Below, piece after piece: positions 61,202-64,000 of a stretch of DNA of 64,000 bases (the first letter of the stretch is position 1; each line of letters opens with the position of its first letter). Location: NCBI GenBank assembly GCA_040285825.1, contig JAUPSS010000010.1:990881-1054880 (forward strand), in the 5' to 3' direction. The notes under the pieces were generated by a model. That model ran no database searches. It was not told where the DNA came from and saw nothing but the letters and a program-made list of their open reading frames with translations. A program made the position numbers and the translations under genes. Source of the DNA: Eukaryota sp. TZLM1-RC (taxonomy: Eukaryota; Protista; Metamonada: BaSk clade).

Positions 61202-62536
61202 TTATTCAATCCGTCGTTCCAATTGACCTACCCTGTTACTCAAGCTTCGTACTTCATCTAATATAGCTCTCAATAATAATGCTTCTTCCACCCCTCTTCT
61301 CTCCACCCCAACACCTTGCTGGTGATTGGGGACTGGTTCTGGTTGATGAGGTTGTGGCTGGGCCTGAGGAGGAGGAGGCGAAGGAGGTGCAATAGCTTCA
61401 AGCCTCCTCGTCGTGGGATTAAACCTCACCGTCACCATTGTCCTAGACGGGGTAACTGCAGAAGAAATGAATTCCGAACGATATGGCGAAGGTGGATCCA
61501 ATGCGTATAATGCTATCGGTGCCTGGCAGATTGGGCATGCTTGTCGTTGAGCAAACCACCTCATGAGACACACCTTGTGGAAGGAGTGAGAGCACGTGAG
61601 TTTCTTGCCATAGTTACCGCTGGGCTGGGATTCCTCGGAGAAAGCAGGAACATTGAGGGGACATTGACAGATTGTGCAAGTCTCAGATGCATCCTCAGGT
61701 GCAGGCAACATTGCTAATCTACCGCTTTGGATGCGCCATTCTCTCCAGTTTTTCAGTACCAAAACTACTTTTTTAGAAGCAGAAATGGCTTCCAAGAGAG
61801 TAAATAATGGAGGGCCGCTGGTGATGAATGTCAGTATTAAAGTTGCCACTAGTGAAGCCATCACGTGAGAGATCGCAGAAGTCAATTGAATTCCAAAGAC
61901 TATATTCTGAAGAGAGGCATCACCAGCTGGAATTAATAGTGAGGCCACAATGGTAGCACCGGCTTCGTAAAGTCTAATGGCGATGAGGAGGAGCTCAGCG
62001 AGGGAGATGAAGGCCCATTTGTGGTTGTATGTTAGAGTTATTAAGAATAGAATGAATGATATATCTAAAATTGTGAAAATTATCGTAGATGTGAGAGCGT
62101 ATTTAAGCTGAGATCGATGATGTACATCTTCTTCCTGAGTATCACTAGACAAAGAGTTTCCCAACTTCTCAAGCCGATCGGTGACAACCCAATGTGCGAT
62201 TTTAAGGAAGAGTAGAGCAAAATTTACTGGAATACAGTACTCAAAATCTCCTGCTCCACTGAGAGCAACAATGTAGATAAAGTTGGGGATGATAAGACGT
62301 AACCGAAATTTGACTAACTCAGATTCGCTGGAATCGAGCTGGCCAAGAAGAGCACTTTTGAATAGATATATGATAGAGATTGACAATGCAAGTGCCATGT
62401 TAATAAGGATGACTTGATTAAATCGGTTATGTACGAGGAGATAAAGAGTGTTGTAGAGATCATGTTCTTTGTAGGCTGAGATCGAAGTGCTCAGAATTGT
62501 CGAAACAATGGATCCATAGACATAGAGTTTCAACAT
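61202..62536 (-). CDS. HRD1/synoviolin-like membrane RING-H2 E3 ligase
   Basis: Multi-TM N-terminus with LKIAHWVVTDRLE; RING-H2 CTIC...KKLTCSHSFHKVCLMRWF...CPIC; Pro-rich tail. Confidence 0.8.
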   Translation of the reverse strand: MLKLYVYGSIVSTILSTSISAYKEHDLYNTLYLLVHNRFNQVILINMALALSISIIYLFKSALLGQLDSSESELVKFRLRLIIPNFIYIVALSGAGDFEYCIPVNFALLFLKIAHWVVTDRLEKLGNSLSSDTQEEDVHHRSQLKYALTSTIIFTILDISFILFLITLTYNHKWAFISLAELLLIAIRLYEAGATIVASLLIPAGDASLQNIVFGIQLTSAISHVMASLVATLILTFITSGPPLFTLLEAISASKKVVLVLKNWREWRIQSGRLAMLPAPEDASETCTICQCPLNVPAFSEESQPSGNYGKKLTCSHSFHKVCLMRWFAQRQACPICQAPIALYALDPPSPYRSEFISSAVTPSRTMVTVRFNPTTRRLEAIAPPSPPPPQAQPQPHQPEPVPNHQQGVGVERRGVEEALLLRAILDEVRSLSNRVGQLERRIE

Positions 62537-63240
62537 TGCGGTTGTAAATCACAATTTGGAAAGGAATTTGGATAAACACTCAAAACAGCTTGACAGAATT
62601 TGCCCAATTGAAACACCCCAACATTTAACTCGGTCAGTACAAACCCACAGCACTAACCAATAAGTAATTGATAATATTCATCAGGCTTGATCAAGGAATA
62701 AAGTCCCAAAAGTAATACTATGTTTTAACATTTTTCTGATTAAAGTAAAATGCTTGTTTCTATATGCACCAAATTTGAACCAATGACAAAATGACTAATG
62801 TCAAAAATTCAAACACGTTGAGAACAATTTCAGAATACAATCTATCGGACACTGTCAATATCCATTTCAGTATCCACTCCCAGTCTATTTGGTTCACTTC
62901 ACCCGTGACGTGATCTACCTCTTCATTGAAGCTGAAGATCATGAAAGTCAAAATCATACGTGATGATAGTAAACGTATGTTTTGAGGAGAGAAAATGTGA
63001 AAAACCAATAGAGTTGGAGTCCCATTTTATTCTCTTCAAAAATACTTTATTGTTAACAACTAGTCAACTCAGCTATGCATTGGCATTGAGTTATTCACCA
63101 AAATAGGCGAAATAGTAAAGATTAGAGATGGGCCTTCTCTTCCTTATTTGACCAAGATCCATCAAAAATGACACGTAAGCATGACGAAAAACCCATTAAA
63201 TATTTTGTTTCATCATTCATTATATCATCTTCATCTTGCA

Positions 63241-64000
63241 ATGTCTCACCTAGAATGCGGAATATGCCTTCAGATCATGGAGCAACCGACTACGCTCCCT
63301 TGTGGTCATAGCTTCTGTCGTGATCGATGTCTGTTGCCCTCAAAGAAGCATAACTCCACCTGTCCTCAATGCCGCGAGGAGATTCCATCAATGTCTCACC
63401 GTATCAATATTACTCTGCGAGATATCATTGAATCCTCCTCTCAACACTCTCCCGAACCTCAACTCTGTAAAGGATGCGAAGATGCTCCTGCCACCCTCTT
63501 CTGCTCTGATTGCGATTCTTCTCTTTGCAAGAACTGTTCTGACCATGCACATATTCTCAAGATGTTCCAATCCCATAACATCGTACCCCTCTCCGAACGT
63601 TCCAATGTCTCCTTGCCAAAATGCCCTCACCATAAGGCTAAACAAATCGAGCATTATTGCACCAAGTGCAAGGTTGCTCTATGCGATTCATGTGGCTTGC
63701 TCCAAGGCCACTCACTCCACCATGAAGCTCTTGTTTCTTTTTCACAAGCCAAGGAAGCCTTCACAAAGCAAATTGAAGAGTTTCAGGCCAGAGCTTCTAC
63801 TATTACCCCCTTAGTAGTTCAATCCGGGGATAAAGTAGAATCTGTCGTAAGGGAAACCCTCAATCAATCCCAATCAATTCTTCATGATTTGATTGGTGAT
63901 TTGATTAGACAGTCAGGCACCAAACTTCAGCAGTTGGAATCATCAAATACTGTTGAAGAATCACTTGCTTTTGATGGTGCTGCCAAGGAAAGAGCTCAAG
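63241..64000 (+). CDS. Second TRIM-like RING-B-box-B-box-coiled-coil paralog (runs off window end)
   Basis: Open frame from ATG 63241 (MSHLECGICLQIMEQP...), highly similar to 41392-40635. Absent from the ORF track because there is no stop within the window. Confidence 0.9.
   Translation, partial: MSHLECGICLQIMEQPTTLPCGHSFCRDRCLLPSKKHNSTCPQCREEIPSMSHRINITLRDIIESSSQHSPEPQLCKGCEDAPATLFCSDCDSSLCKNCSDHAHILKMFQSHNIVPLSERSNVSLPKCPHHKAKQIEHYCTKCKVALCDSCGLLQGHSLHHEALVSFSQAKEAFTKQIEEFQARASTITPLVVQSGDKVESVVRETLNQSQSILHDLIGDLIRQSGTKLQQLESSNTVEESLAFDGAAKERAQ

Overview
AT-rich eukaryotic DNA, probably from a flagellated protist. Evidence: the centriole-type genes FAM184 and CCDC77, AP-3 mu, HRD1, Pol III tRNAs and tiny spliceosomal introns. 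Compact host genes alternate with decayed mobile DNA. The mobile DNA comprises at least five families of RT + restriction-like-endonuclease non-LTR retrotransposons (named R1-R5 here; two insertions retain target-site duplications) and two families of Fanzor/TnpB-like RNA-guided nuclease elements (FzA, FzB). Manual splicing reveals ten introns of 27-32 nt. All have GTnnG donors and a branch-like A about 7 nt from the 3' end. Two of them, in OLA1 and in an NlpC/P60 gene, can only be spliced as GT-AT introns, and both end in ACTTTAT. This is the most striking observation. Other highlights: a bacterial-type secreted NlpC/P60 hydrolase gene missed by the ORF track and carrying six introns; a structured putative omegaRNA behind FzA; a RuvC-III Asp->Asn change shared by all three FzB copies; a ~2160-codon RING/GBP-VLIG GTPase/Cys-rich/vWA gene split by one TGA; duplicated Cys-rich peroxiredoxins; and two TRIM-like paralogs with a hypervariable B-box. 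All family assignments come from motif recognition by eye, not from database searches. Boundaries of decayed repeats are approximate.
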